DNA of 61,113 bases, filler included, from Candidatus Tectimicrobiota bacterium (GTDB lineage Bacteria > JACPSX01): NCBI GenBank assembly GCA_016193065.1. It is 6 parts of 6 records of this genome, joined end to end, with 100 filler letters (N's around TTAATTAATTAA, not from the genome) between each part and the next. Parts side by side here need not be neighbours in the genome. Positions count along the whole stretch, not along the records: positions 1 to 7,104 come from JACPSX010000004.1; positions 7,205 to 17,054 come from JACPSX010000005.1; 4 more parts are not named here. One strand, 5' to 3'. The notes beneath the pieces are model-generated. The model made no database searches and was not told the origin of the DNA. It saw only the letters and a program-made list of their open reading frames with translations. Of the stretch, positions 1 to 10,238 are shown one piece after another. A program made the translations under genes and the position numbers. Within the stretch, counting starts at the first letter, position 1. Every line of letters starts with the position of its first letter.

Positions 1-486
1 CTGGCCGGGATGCTGGAGGCCGAAGAGATCGACGCCCTGGTGATGGCCTTCATGCCCTCCGCCTTCATGCGCGGCGCACCTCATATCGGGCGGCTGTTCC
101 CGGACTACCGGAAAGAGGAGCAGGAGTACTTTCGCCAGACCCGGATTTTTCCCATCATGCACACGGTTGTTCTGCACAGGGAGTTCTACGACCAGAATCC
201 CTGGGTCGCCCAGAGCCTCTACAAGGCCTTTTGCCAGTCCATGCGCCTTTGCCAGGAGGTCCTTTACGACACCAACGCCCTGGCCTGCACCCTCCCGTGG
301 CTCATCGCCGAGATCGAGGAGACCCGGGATCTCATGGGGGAACACTTCTGGCCCTATGGAGTGGAGGCAAGCCGGCTCACTCTGGAAACATTGACCCAGT
401 ACAGTTACGAGCAGGGCCTGACCAGCCGCAAATGGGAGGTGGACAGCCTCTTTGCCCCGAACACCCTTAGCGAGTTTAAAACCTAG
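1..486 (+). CDS. 4,5-dihydroxyphthalate decarboxylase-like / ABC substrate-binding-fold protein, 5' partial
   Basis: Motifs 'RLFPDY..E..YF..T.IFPIMHTVV' and 'FWPYGVEA.R.TLE'; the frame runs off the window start. Confidence 0.7.
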   Translation: MAGMLEAEEIDALVMAFMPSAFMRGAPHIGRLFPDYRKEEQEYFRQTRIFPIMHTVVLHREFYDQNPWVAQSLYKAFCQSMRLCQEVLYDTNALACTLPWLIAEIEETRDLMGEHFWPYGVEASRLTLETLTQYSYEQGLTSRKWEVDSLFAPNTLSEFKT

Positions 487-1114
487 AGGGACGCGGACTT
501 CCTTGCGCCGGCGGGCAGGGCAAATCCTGGCCCGCCTCTACAAAGCGTATCCGCAAGCCCGCTGCTCTCTGCGCTTCACCAACCCGTTGGAGCTTCTGGT
601 CGCCACCATCCTCTCGGCGCAATGCACCGACGAGCGGGTTAACCAGATCACTCCCGCCCTCTTCCAACAATTCCCCGCGGCTCAGGATTACGCAAACGCC
701 CCGCGACCGGCTCTTGAAGAGGCCATCCGGCTGGCCGGACTCTACCGTCATAAGGCGCGCCACATCCAGGAGACCTGCGCCATCCTGGTGAACCGATTCC
801 AGGGACAGGTGCCCCGCACGATGGAAGAACTGCTGGAACTGCCCGGAGTGGGGCGCAAAACGGCCAACGTGATTCTGGGGAACGCCTTCGGGCTTTGCAG
901 CGGCGTTGCTGTAGACACCCACACCCGTCGAGTAGCCAACCGGCTCGGGCTTACGGCCTCCGACGATCCCCTCAAAATCGAGCAGGACATGATGGGCTTG
1001 CTCCCGCGAACGGAATGGACACAGATCACCCAATGCGCGGCCCGGGCTCCCCGCTGTTCCGGCTGCCCGCTCCTGGACCTCTGCCCCTACCCCCGGGGCC
1101 GCTCCCGGCGCTGA
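452..1114 (+). CDS. nth: Endonuclease III (HhH-GPD, 4Fe-4S); true start may be TTG at 503; apparent ~10-aa deletion before the Fe-S motif
   Basis: 'LLVATILSAQCTDERVN', 'LPGVGRKTANV', 'VDTH', C-x6-C-x2-C-x5-C. Confidence 0.88.
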   Translation: MPRTPLASLKPRGTRTSLRRRAGQILARLYKAYPQARCSLRFTNPLELLVATILSAQCTDERVNQITPALFQQFPAAQDYANAPRPALEEAIRLAGLYRHKARHIQETCAILVNRFQGQVPRTMEELLELPGVGRKTANVILGNAFGLCSGVAVDTHTRRVANRLGLTASDDPLKIEQDMMGLLPRTEWTQITQCAARAPRCSGCPLLDLCPYPRGRSRR

Positions 1115-1348
1115 CCCCGATCCGAAAATCCCTCTCGCTGCCCTGACGAGGAACACGGAAAAAGGCTACCGATTCGCTCCAGGCGCCCGACGCGCAACGG
1201 ATAGTTTCGGATCGGGGCTGACTCGATCTTCCAGAACCGGACTCCCTGGTCTTCCAAACTCCACCCGGGAAAAAAGGAGCTGGCAGAGGTCTCCCCCTTG
1301 ATTTCCCGGACTCCGTGCCGTTAAGTAATCACAGGGAGAAGAAAAACC

Positions 1349-2275
1349 GTGTTGCGCTCCGTGTTGCTCACCCTGGCCCCTCACGAAGGGGTGAAGCGGT
1401 TTCTGACCGAGGCGGTTCAAGTCCGCAGGGCCGTACAGCGCTTTGTGGCCGGGGAAACCCTCGCAGAAGCCCTCCCGGCCGTTATGGCCCTGAACCAACA
1501 GGGTCTCCCTGCCACCATGGACCACCTGGGGGAAAGCATGGTCGACCTCTGGGGAGCCCGCCGGGCCACGGAAGCCTACTTGGAGCTTCTGGACGTCATC
1601 TTCCGGAAACGGATTTCCTCCCACATCTCCGTGAAGCTCACTCAACTGGGCCTTGACATCGATACCGAGCTTTGCCTGGAAAACATGAGGCAGATCCTGG
1701 ACGAGGCGGCGAGGTGCCAGAACTTCGTGCGCATTGACATGGAGGGGTCCCGGTACACGGAAAGGACTCTCGATTTGTTCCACTACCTGCGTCGCTCCTA
1801 CAGCAACGTGGGGGTGGTCTTGCAGGCGTATCTTTACCGCACGGAGGTGGACCTCGAACGCCTCATCCCCTTGGGGGCCAATATCCGGCTGTGCAAAGGA
1901 GCTTATCAGGAAAGCGCCGAGATCGCCTACCCCAGGAAATCGGATGTGGATCGGAATTTCTTCAAGCTCCTGGAGATCCTCATGAGCCCCAGGGCCCAGC
2001 GGGCTGGAGTCTACGCGGCCATCGCCACCCACGATGAGAAGATCATCCAGCGAGCCCGCAGTATGGCAAACCGCATGGGGCGGGGCCTTCGCAACTTCGA
2101 ATTCCAAATGCTCTACGGCATCCGCCGGGATCTCCAGGTCCGGCTGGCCAGGGCCGGCTACCAGGTGCGGATCTACGTACCCTATGGCGGGGAATGGTAC
2201 CCGTACTTCCTGCGGCGGCTGGCCGAGCGCCCGGCAAACCTCGCTTTTTTCCTGAAAAACCTCTTCCGCGGCTAA
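1349..2275 (+). CDS. Monofunctional proline dehydrogenase
   Basis: 'RFVAGE', 'VRIDME', 'RLCKGAY', 'IATHD', 'FEFQMLYGIR', 'YVPYG..WYPYFLRRLAERPAN'. Confidence 0.93.
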   Translation: MLRSVLLTLAPHEGVKRFLTEAVQVRRAVQRFVAGETLAEALPAVMALNQQGLPATMDHLGESMVDLWGARRATEAYLELLDVIFRKRISSHISVKLTQLGLDIDTELCLENMRQILDEAARCQNFVRIDMEGSRYTERTLDLFHYLRRSYSNVGVVLQAYLYRTEVDLERLIPLGANIRLCKGAYQESAEIAYPRKSDVDRNFFKLLEILMSPRAQRAGVYAAIATHDEKIIQRARSMANRMGRGLRNFEFQMLYGIRRDLQVRLARAGYQVRIYVPYGGEWYPYFLRRLAERPANLAFFLKNLFRG

Positions 2276-2281
2276 CCCACC

Positions 2282-2444
2282 AGTACCGGGCCAAGAAACG
2301 AGCCGGGTACCCATCGGAGATGGGTGTAGGCGCGAGCCCCGAGCCGACTGAGGCGTACGTATAAAGTACGCCGCAAGGAGCGCGAGGGCGGGTACCCACC
2401 TTGTGGGTGGTACGAAGTTAGGCGAAGTTTATTGGCCCGGTACT
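2282..2444. repeat. MITE/REPIN-like element with terminal inverted repeats
   Basis: AGTACCGGGCCAAGAAAC (2282) vs GTTTATTGGCCCGGTACT (ends 2444), 17/18 inverted match, between convergent genes. Confidence 0.7.
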
Positions 2445-3222
2445 AGCCCAGGAAGAAGCCACCCCCATTTATGTGGATCGTCTGGCCGGTGACATATCGG
2501 CTCATTTCTCCCAGCAGAAACAGGCAGGGACCCACCAGATCCTCGGGAACCCCGATCCGCCCCATGGGGATCGTCTTCTCGCGGTTTCGCACCTCGGCGG
2601 CGAATTCCTCCTCCGTGGCATCTCTGCGCAGGAGGGCGGTGTCGATGGGCCCCGGAGCCACAGCATTGACCCGGATCCCGTCGGCAGCCACCTCCATGGC
2701 CAGTGACTTCGTGAAACCCACAATGCCCGCTTTGGCAGCCGCATAATGGGCGGCATTTTTCGCCCCTTTCGCTCCAAGCCCGGAGGAGAAATTCACGATG
2801 CTCCCCGCCTTCTGGGACTTCATGGGCCTCAGAGCTTCTCGGCAGCACAGGAAAGTCCCCATCAGATGGACCTCGATCATGCGCTTCCAGTCCGCCATGC
2901 TGAGTTCAGCCACAGGCGTATAGCGTAAAAAGCCGGCGGCGTTGACGAGCATGTCCAGGCGGCCGCAACGGGAGACGATGTCGGCAATTGCCGCGGCTAC
3001 TCCAGACTCCTGCGAGACATCGACCCGATAGGCCATGCAGCGCCCCCCTTGGGCTTGAATCTCTGCTGCGACTCGCTCAGTCCCGACCTGATCCAGGTCC
3101 GCCAGGGCCACGGCCGCACCCTGCCGGGCCAGCTCCAAGACCACGGCGCGCCCGATTCCCGCGGCGCTTCCTGTCACCAAAGCCACTTTGCCCGCAAATT
3201 CCACCGTTTCCTCCTTTCCCAC
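2443..3222 (-). CDS. Short-chain dehydrogenase/reductase (FabG-like)
   Basis: [28 protein letters not shown], '[12 protein letters not shown]'. Confidence 0.92.
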   Translation of the reverse strand: MGKEETVEFAGKVALVTGSAAGIGRAVVLELARQGAAVALADLDQVGTERVAAEIQAQGGRCMAYRVDVSQESGVAAAIADIVSRCGRLDMLVNAAGFLRYTPVAELSMADWKRMIEVHLMGTFLCCREALRPMKSQKAGSIVNFSSGLGAKGAKNAAHYAAAKAGIVGFTKSLAMEVAADGIRVNAVAPGPIDTALLRRDATEEEFAAEVRNREKTIPMGRIGVPEDLVGPCLFLLGEMSRYVTGQTIHINGGGFFLG

Positions 3223-3400
3223 CAGAACCGGTTTCCAGATAGCCGCTGATGTTACTTCCCTTCGGCTGCCGGAGTCAACGGAACCTCAAATTCCCTTGAC
3301 TCCCTTCGGACTCATTGCGTATCATTCTTCTATTGCAGTCGTTTCTGCGGCTTCTTGCTTTTGTTTGCCGACCGCGGCAAGCCCCGAGAAAGCGCACCCA

Positions 3401-4525
3401 ATGTCAGCAAAGAGCCCTTTCCTGAAAGGAAAACCGATCCGGCCGGAGCCCGTGGCGGCCGGGATCTCCGCCGCCGATCTAGTGGACGGAACCTTCCTCG
3501 CCTACAACGCGGCCAGGCTGCGGGAAGGGTGCCGTCTCTTCGTGGAGAAAATGCTGGAGGACGGTGTCACCGTCGGGATGAGCCTCACCGGCGCCCTGAC
3601 TCCGGCGGGTCTGGGGCGTTCCTGCCTGCTGCCCTTCATGAAAATGGGGTTCGTGGACTGGATCGTGAGCACGGGAGCCAACCTTTACCACGACACCCAC
3701 TTCAGCCTCGGATTGAATCTTCACCAGGGGACTCCGTTTCTGGACGACCGCCAGCTCCGCAAGGAACAGGTGATCCGCATTTATGACATCCTTTTTGAAT
3801 ATGACGTTTTGCTATCCACGGACGTCTTCTACCGGCAGGTCGCTTCTCTGCCTGAATTCCAGAAGGCCATGGGGACGGCGGAGTTCCACTACCGGGTGGG
3901 AAAATACGTGGGCGAGAGGGAGCAGGCTCTGGGGTACGAGGGGGGCAGCATCCTGTCCGTGGCTCATGAGTATGAGATCCCCATCTTTACTTCCTCTCCG
4001 GGGGACAGCTCGATCGGCATGAACATCGCAGCCTTGGCCCTGGAAGGGAATCGCCTCCAAATCGATCCGAACGTGGATGTAAACCAGACCGCGGCCATCG
4101 TTTGGAAGGCCAGGAGCAACGGCAAGGGCAGCGGCCTATTCATCCTGGGAGGGGGGTCCCCGAAAAACTTCGTTCTGCAAACGGAACCCCACATTCAGGA
4201 AATCCTCGGAATCGCTGACTCGGGGCACGACTACTTCCTGCAAATTACCGATGCCCGCCCCGACACGGGGGGACTTTCCGGAGCCACCCCAAGCGAAGCA
4301 GTCAGTTGGGGGAAAGTAGACCCGGACAAGCTGCCCGACGCCGTGGTCACTTACGTGGACTCCACCATTGCTCTCCCCCTGATTACGGCCTACGCTGTTT
4401 CCCGGCGCCGGCCCCGTGAGCCGAAGAGACTTTACCGTCATTTGGAGCAGTGGACCGCGGACCTGCGCCAGAGCTATCTGGCTTCCAAAAATTCCGGCGG
4501 CAAGGGAGTTTCAACCAAATCTTGA
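3401..4525 (+). CDS. Deoxyhypusine synthase-like protein (homospermidine synthase / SpeY type)
   Basis: 'STGANLYHD', 'GGGSPKNF', '[18 protein letters not shown]', 'DSTIALP'. Confidence 0.9.
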   Translation: MSAKSPFLKGKPIRPEPVAAGISAADLVDGTFLAYNAARLREGCRLFVEKMLEDGVTVGMSLTGALTPAGLGRSCLLPFMKMGFVDWIVSTGANLYHDTHFSLGLNLHQGTPFLDDRQLRKEQVIRIYDILFEYDVLLSTDVFYRQVASLPEFQKAMGTAEFHYRVGKYVGEREQALGYEGGSILSVAHEYEIPIFTSSPGDSSIGMNIAALALEGNRLQIDPNVDVNQTAAIVWKARSNGKGSGLFILGGGSPKNFVLQTEPHIQEILGIADSGHDYFLQITDARPDTGGLSGATPSEAVSWGKVDPDKLPDAVVTYVDSTIALPLITAYAVSRRRPREPKRLYRHLEQWTADLRQSYLASKNSGGKGVSTKS

Positions 4526-4535
4526 GGAAGTTCCC

Positions 4536-5918
4536 ATGAGTCAGGAAGCGCTCGCTCGACAACCCAACCGCTCCTCCGGAGACGCCCCGACTTACAGGGC
4601 CTGGTTTCAATGCATCGCAGGCTGCCCGGGCACCTACGAACTCAATGAGATTATCTACCAGTGCCCCAAGTGCGGCAATCTCCTGGAAGTCGCCCATGAC
4701 TTGGATCTTCTGCGCCAGAACTCCCCCGGCCAGTGGATGGCCCTCTTTGACATGCGCTACCGGGGGACCGAGTGGCCTTATGGCAGTTCCGTTTGGGGCA
4801 AAAAAGAAATGGTCTGCCCCAACGTGGACAACCGCAACATTGTTTCCACCTACGAGGGCGGCAGCAATCTTTTCTGGGCCGAGCGTCTGGGGCGCGAGAT
4901 CGGCCTGGAAGATCTCTGGATGAAGCTTTGCGGAAACAGTCACACCGGCTCATTCAAAGACCTGGGAATGACGGTCCTGGTCTCCATGGTGAAGCAGATG
5001 ATCTCGGAAGGCGTGCCCATCCAGGCCGTGGCTTGTGCGTCAACGGGGGATACCTCGGCTTCCCTGGCGGCTTATTGCGCCGCGGCGGGAATTCAGGCCA
5101 TTGTTTTTCTCCCCCGCCACAAGGTCTCCGTCCCGCAATTGATCCAGCCGCTGGCCCACGGCGCCCTAACGTTATCCCTGGACACGGATTTCGATGGCTG
5201 CATGAAGCTTGTGCAGGAGATCTGCGCCAAGAACAACATATACCTGGCCAATTCCATGAACTCCCTGCGCCTGGAAGGGCAAAAGACCATCAGCATTGAA
5301 TTGGTCCAACAATTCGACTGGGACATTCCCGACGTCGTCATTGTTCCCGGAGGAAACCTGGGAAATATCAGTGCCATCGGGCGAGGTTTCCTCCTGTTGC
5401 GGAATCTGGGGATTATCTCCCGGCTCCCCCGCCTGGTATGTGCTCAGGCCGAACGGGCCAACCCGCTCTACCGCAGCTACCTCACGGGATTTCGGAAATA
5501 CAAACCCATTAAAGCGAAAAAGACCCTGGCCAGCGCCATTCAGATCGGCAATCCGGTGAGCGTCCAGAAGGCCATTAAAGTTCTGAAAGAATTTGACGGG
5601 ATTGTCGAGCAGGCAACCGAGGAGGAGTTGGCCAACAGTGCAGCCCACGCGGACCGCACTGGACTCTACAATTGTCCACACACCGGAGTGGCCCTGGCTG
5701 TCCTTTCCAAGCTGGTGAAAAGAGGGGTGATTGGTCCCCGGGATCGCGTGGTGGTCATTTCAACGGCGCACGGTCTCAAATTCGCCGACTTCCAGCTGCG
5801 CTACCATTCTCGCCGCCTGCGGGGGATCGAGTCCCGCCACTCCAATCTGCCCGTTGAACTACCTGCCCGGGCCGACCGGATCATGGAAACTATCGTGCGC
5901 CGTCTGGAAAAACCTTAG
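4536..5918 (+). CDS. thrC: Threonine synthase
   Basis: '[10 protein letters not shown]' PLP lysine, '[14 protein letters not shown]', 'PGGNLGN', 'STAHGLKF'. Confidence 0.93.
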   Translation: MSQEALARQPNRSSGDAPTYRAWFQCIAGCPGTYELNEIIYQCPKCGNLLEVAHDLDLLRQNSPGQWMALFDMRYRGTEWPYGSSVWGKKEMVCPNVDNRNIVSTYEGGSNLFWAERLGREIGLEDLWMKLCGNSHTGSFKDLGMTVLVSMVKQMISEGVPIQAVACASTGDTSASLAAYCAAAGIQAIVFLPRHKVSVPQLIQPLAHGALTLSLDTDFDGCMKLVQEICAKNNIYLANSMNSLRLEGQKTISIELVQQFDWDIPDVVIVPGGNLGNISAIGRGFLLLRNLGIISRLPRLVCAQAERANPLYRSYLTGFRKYKPIKAKKTLASAIQIGNPVSVQKAIKVLKEFDGIVEQATEEELANSAAHADRTGLYNCPHTGVALAVLSKLVKRGVIGPRDRVVVISTAHGLKFADFQLRYHSRRLRGIESRHSNLPVELPARADRIMETIVRRLEKP

Positions 5919-7104
5919 GGGATCCTGTCTTTCTTCCCGGCAGAGGAATCCTTCGTTTCCCCTTCCGGATCTTCGTGGCTTATGGGCTCCAGTTCCGACT
6001 GGACCGGATAACCTCCTGCCAGATATTGGGGACCGGGTGACTCTTGGGGGGGAGGCTCATCTTCATAGGTGATTTCCACCTTTTCTTCCCCACTCTGGGC
6101 CACTCTTCGCCTGCCCATCCAGAACAACAACCCATGCTTGCGCCTTTGTGGAAACGTGTAGGCTTCGGCCTCATCATCGGAAAACGGTCCGGCACTCTCG
6201 GCCTGGTCCACCGGAACGGACTCTTTCGAAACCTCTATCACCTCCGTTGCCTGGGGCTTCGGAGAGTCGGGCAGCGCCAAAGGTGGAGTCTCTGAAAGGG
6301 GGGGAAAAAGAGGCTCTTGGCCCGCAGGGGGCTCAAGGAGCGAGATTTTCGGTTCCTCTCGGGCCTGCAAGGGTGCAAATAGCGGGGCCTCCTGTATCTC
6401 CTGGGACCCCGGGTACCCCGGGTGCCCTGTGGGCGTAGCTTGTTCTCGCCGGCGCCGGCGCCCGCGACGGCTTCGCCTCCTCTGGCCGGGCTCCCGGGGC
6501 TCTGCAGGTTCCAGATAGCCTCTAGGCGCGGGCTGCGGGGCGCTCTCCGGGGTCTGCACCTGCGCGGGAACCCCCTCACGAGCCGGGCTTTCCTCCTGAG
6601 AAATTTCCCTGCGCACGAATTCCATTTCGACTTGGTGGGGCATGAGCCCCTCTTTGCCGAGCACATGAATTTCCAAGCGGGAGTCCTTCTCCAGGCTATG
6701 AAGATCCTCCCGCTTCTGGTTCAGAAGATAGGTAGCCACGTCTTGGGGGAGAGCAACCCGCACCTCCTCCAGCGCGCCGTCCTGGGCGCCCGCCTGGATG
6801 CGCCGCAAAACCGATAGGGCTTGGGACTCGATTGTCTTTACCAAACCGTTTCCCGTGCAGAAGGGGCATACTCTGTAGCTCCCTTCCTGCAGAGCAGGCT
6901 TAATGCGCTGGCGCGACAACTCCAGCATGCCGAACCGCGAGATCCGCCCGACCTGTACCCGGGCCTTGTCCTTGCGCAGGGCATTGCGCAGGGTTCGTTC
7001 GACCTCTTGCTGGTGCTTGCGGTCCTTCATGTCGATAAAATCGATGACGATGAGCCCTCCCAGGTCTCGCAGGCGAAGCTGGCGGGAAATCTCATTAGCC
7101 GCCT
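5915..7104 (-). CDS. rne: Ribonuclease E/G family, C-terminal part (5' end cut by contig gap)
   Basis: '[15 protein letters not shown]', '[13 protein letters not shown]', CPFC Zn-link, disordered Arg-rich tail. Confidence 0.9.
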
Positions 7105-7204
7105 NNNNNNNNNNNNNNNNNNNNNNNNNNNNNNNNNNNNNNNNNNNNTTAATTAATTAANNNNNNNNNNNNNNNNNNNNNNNNNNNNNNNNNNNNNNNN
7201 NNNN
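7105..7204. other. Artificial contig linker (N run with TTAATTAATTAA)
   Basis: 100-nt spacer with six-frame stop linker. Confidence 0.99.
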
Positions 7205-8512
7205 GAGGTTAAAAACCATCGCCAGATGATGGAATCGGTCAGTTGCTGGTATCGACGCGTCTCCGCTTTCGAGGAAATCCCGGGAGCGATCCAGAGTGCT
7301 TTCACTTATCTTTACACCAGTAGGCCGGGTCCTGCGGTCTTAGAGATTCCTTATGACTTTCTGACGGCCCGCGGGGAGTGTAAGATTCCTGCGCTCCCGA
7401 CCCGTTCGCGAGTCGCCCCGGATTCGAAGCAACTGGAGAGAGCAGTCAATCTTATAAAGAGCGCCCGGTTCCCCCTAATCTTTGCGGGTGGTGGGGTCGT
7501 TCATAGCGGTGCTTCTTCACAGGTCCGGGAACTTAGCGAGCGCCTGCGGATTCCGGTGGTGACCAGTTTGCAGGGAAGAGGGGCACTCCCCGAAGACCAC
7601 CCGCTCTCCCTGGGTTGTACGAACGGGGTGAATCCTTTCCGGGGAAGCCCGACGAAGGGGCCGTTTTACGAGCGGTTCTTACGCAAAGCAGACGTTCTGC
7701 TCAGCGTGGGAACCCAGTACGATCAAACGACCAGCGATGGCTGGAGCTTTCCCGTTCCTCCCGGTCATATTCAAATTGATCTTGATCCGGGCCAGATTGG
7801 CAAAAATTTCCCCGTCTCCGAGGGAATCGTGGGGGATGCAGCGCAAGTCCTGCAGGGGATTTTGGGTAACTTGGGAGATGTACGGGCTTCAGTTCGCCCC
7901 GAGCTGGAAGAGGAAATTGCGGCCGTCAAGAGAGAAGTCCAAGTCCTTTTGCGGCGGCGCAGCACCGCCGAGCTCAGGGTACTCTCCGAGATCCGGCAAG
8001 TGCTCCCCAGGGAGGCGATTCTCTCCAACGACATGACCCAGATCACTTACTGGGCTGGTCGTTACTTCCCCGTTTACGAGCCTCGAACTTTCTTTTTCCC
8101 TTACGGCTCCACCACGCTGGGCGGCGGAATGCCCGCCGCCATCGGCGCGAAAGTGGCCTGCCCGGACCGCCCGGTCGTTGCCCTGTGCGGGGATGGAGGG
8201 TTTCTTTTTACCTGCCAGGAACTTGCCACCCTGGCCCAACGGAAGTTGCCGTTGGTGGTCGTGGTGTTTAATGACAACTGCTACGGGGTTCTCAGGGAGT
8301 TTCAGGAGGAGCGCTACGGCCGGATCACGGAGGTGGACCTGGTGAATCCCGACTTTGTCAAATTGGCCGAAGCTTTCGGAATCAAGGGAGTGAGAGTCGA
8401 GAAGCTGGGAGATCTCTCCCAGGCCTTGGCGGAAGCTCTCGACTTGGGCGAGCCGGTGCTCATCGAGGCTCCCGCTGCGGGCTTTACGGCTCCCTGGTTG
8501 TCGATTCAGTAA
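7205..8512 (+). CDS. TPP-dependent acetolactate synthase-like enzyme, 5' partial
   Basis: 'RPGPAVLEIPYD', 'IQIDLDP', TPP motif 'GDGGFLF...NDNCYG', 'NPDFVKLAEAFG'. Confidence 0.88.
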   Translation, partial: EVKNHRQMMESVSCWYRRVSAFEEIPGAIQSAFTYLYTSRPGPAVLEIPYDFLTARGECKIPALPTRSRVAPDSKQLERAVNLIKSARFPLIFAGGGVVHSGASSQVRELSERLRIPVVTSLQGRGALPEDHPLSLGCTNGVNPFRGSPTKGPFYERFLRKADVLLSVGTQYDQTTSDGWSFPVPPGHIQIDLDPGQIGKNFPVSEGIVGDAAQVLQGILGNLGDVRASVRPELEEEIAAVKREVQVLLRRRSTAELRVLSEIRQVLPREAILSNDMTQITYWAGRYFPVYEPRTFFFPYGSTTLGGGMPAAIGAKVACPDRPVVALCGDGGFLFTCQELATLAQRKLPLVVVVFNDNCYGVLREFQEERYGRITEVDLVNPDFVKLAEAFGIKGVRVEKLGDLSQALAEALDLGEPVLIEAPAAGFTAPWLSIQ

Positions 8513-8518
8513 GAACCG

Positions 8519-9355
8519 TTAACCCACTTCGAAGACCACTTCCAGTTCCACCGCCGACCCGGCCGGAAGCTCATTGACACCCACTGCAATGCGCGCGTGC
8601 TTGCCCTGATCCTGGAGAAGCTCCACGAAGAGGTCTGAGGCTCCGTTGACCACGGACGGCTGACCTGAGAAGCCTTCGGCGCTACGGACAAACCCGGCAA
8701 CTCGAACGACCCGGCGAATCTTCCCCAGGTCGCCCACAGCCTGCTTGGCGGCGCTCAGACTGCTCAGCGCGCAGAGACGGGCGGCCTGATAGCCTTCCTC
8801 GGGAGTCAGGTCAGCGCCGATCTTGCCCGTGTATTTCAACTGCCCTTGAATCCGGGGGATTTGTCCCGAGATGAAGAGAAGGCCCTGAGAAAGGAGCGCG
8901 GGGAGATAGTTGCCCACAGGTTTGGACGGTTCGGGGAGTTCCAGACCCAGGGCCTTCAGCCGTTCTTCTACGGGAGATCCCTTGGAGAACCGCTCCTTCA
9001 AGATGATGACCCGCTCGTGGGTTCCTTCTCCGATCTTCTCCTTTTCGTTGTAGGCTTCCACCGCCAAGGACAGGCGGCGGCCCGAGATAGCGGTGAGAGT
9101 AGACTTGGCGGTGACCTTCATGCCGACGGGGGTGGCGGCCAGGTGACTGACGTTGACCTTGACCCCCACGGACCCCTCCCCGGGTTCCAGGTAAGAAGCC
9201 AGCAACCGGTTGGAGGCCTGCTCCATGAGTCCGATCATGGATGGGGTGGAGAACAGGGAGGTTGCTGTGGGCCCCAGGTGGGTAATCCCCATCTCGGGGG
9301 TGGTCGTGACCGTGACTTCCGCTGAGATTCCAGGGACAAAGCCTTCCTTGACCAA
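8519..9355 (-). CDS. Fusion of FlK-type hotdog thioesterase and RidA/YjgF (Rid1-type) domain
   Basis: N-half 'STPSMIGLME', 'VSHLAATPVG', 'GEGTHER'; C-half 'LFISGQIP', 'VNGASDL', 'GKHARIAVGV.ELP'; TTG start after GAGGAGG. Confidence 0.85.
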   Translation of the reverse strand: MVKEGFVPGISAEVTVTTTPEMGITHLGPTATSLFSTPSMIGLMEQASNRLLASYLEPGEGSVGVKVNVSHLAATPVGMKVTAKSTLTAISGRRLSLAVEAYNEKEKIGEGTHERVIILKERFSKGSPVEERLKALGLELPEPSKPVGNYLPALLSQGLLFISGQIPRIQGQLKYTGKIGADLTPEEGYQAARLCALSSLSAAKQAVGDLGKIRRVVRVAGFVRSAEGFSGQPSVVNGASDLFVELLQDQGKHARIAVGVNELPAGSAVELEVVFEVG

Positions 9356-9371
9356 GGGATTCCTCCTCAGA

Positions 9372-9812
9372 TTACTTGAGTTTATAGCCGCCGCCCGTGT
9401 TGCTGACCAGCTCAATGACGTTCCCATCCGGATCTTCCAGGTAGAGGTAGTGGTCCAGATCCTCCTTGTGGGTATCGGGCCCCTTCAGGATCTTGACCCC
9501 ATTTTCCTTGAGGAAAACTGCAGCCCGGTCCACGTCTTCCGGTGTGGCCAGACGGAAGGCGACGTGATTCATTCCGGCGGTTTTGCGGTAGTCGGGCGAG
9601 ACCTTGTGGGGGACCTTGTACAGGGCAATGTCATGGTAGGCAAGCTGGCGCTCGTCCTCTCGATACTCCCCGTAGTTCATCCAAACGATCTGCCCTTCGG
9701 CCCTCGCCGATACTTTGAGTCCCAGAAGTTCGGTGTAGAATTTTTCCGACTTCTCAAGGTCCGTCACATTGATGTTCACGTGAGCCAGGCCCGTGATCCG
9801 AATTGCCATCAT
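9372..9812 (-). CDS. VOC/glyoxalase family protein
   Basis: 'LAHVNINVTDLEKSEKFY', 'MNHVAF', 'YLEDPDGNVIEL'. Confidence 0.9.
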   Translation of the reverse strand: MMAIRITGLAHVNINVTDLEKSEKFYTELLGLKVSARAEGQIVWMNYGEYREDERQLAYHDIALYKVPHKVSPDYRKTAGMNHVAFRLATPEDVDRAAVFLKENGVKILKGPDTHKEDLDHYLYLEDPDGNVIELVSNTGGGYKLK

Positions 9813-10238
9813 TCCCCTCCTTATAAGTGTCCTAAATAACAGAGGCTTTGCGGGATTCGCAAGATTTCTTAGTGTAGCGGAATTCCCCCTGGAAGACAAC
9901 TCTATGCCAGACTGGCCGACAGGATCCGTCCATTCTGGCGGAAGATGCCTTCCAAGCTCGCGCCTGCCCGCGCCGGGCTGGATTCCCTGCGGTCCTCCTC
10001 AGGGGTTGAGATAACCGATTTGGTTTTCCAGGGTTACGCCCAGAGAGGTGGGGTGAGAAAAGATCCCCTTGCTTCCGGGTGCAGCCGGACAGGAGAGATT
10101 TTTCCATTGATTTTTCGTCTGTTATCAGACGATAATAATGCAGATAGATTATAGAGAAAGGCGGACGGAAGGTCAAAGGGGAGGGGGTGTTTGCCTCCAA
10201 TACTCCTTCCCACTCCGTTCCAGGAGCAAAGCTGAGTT

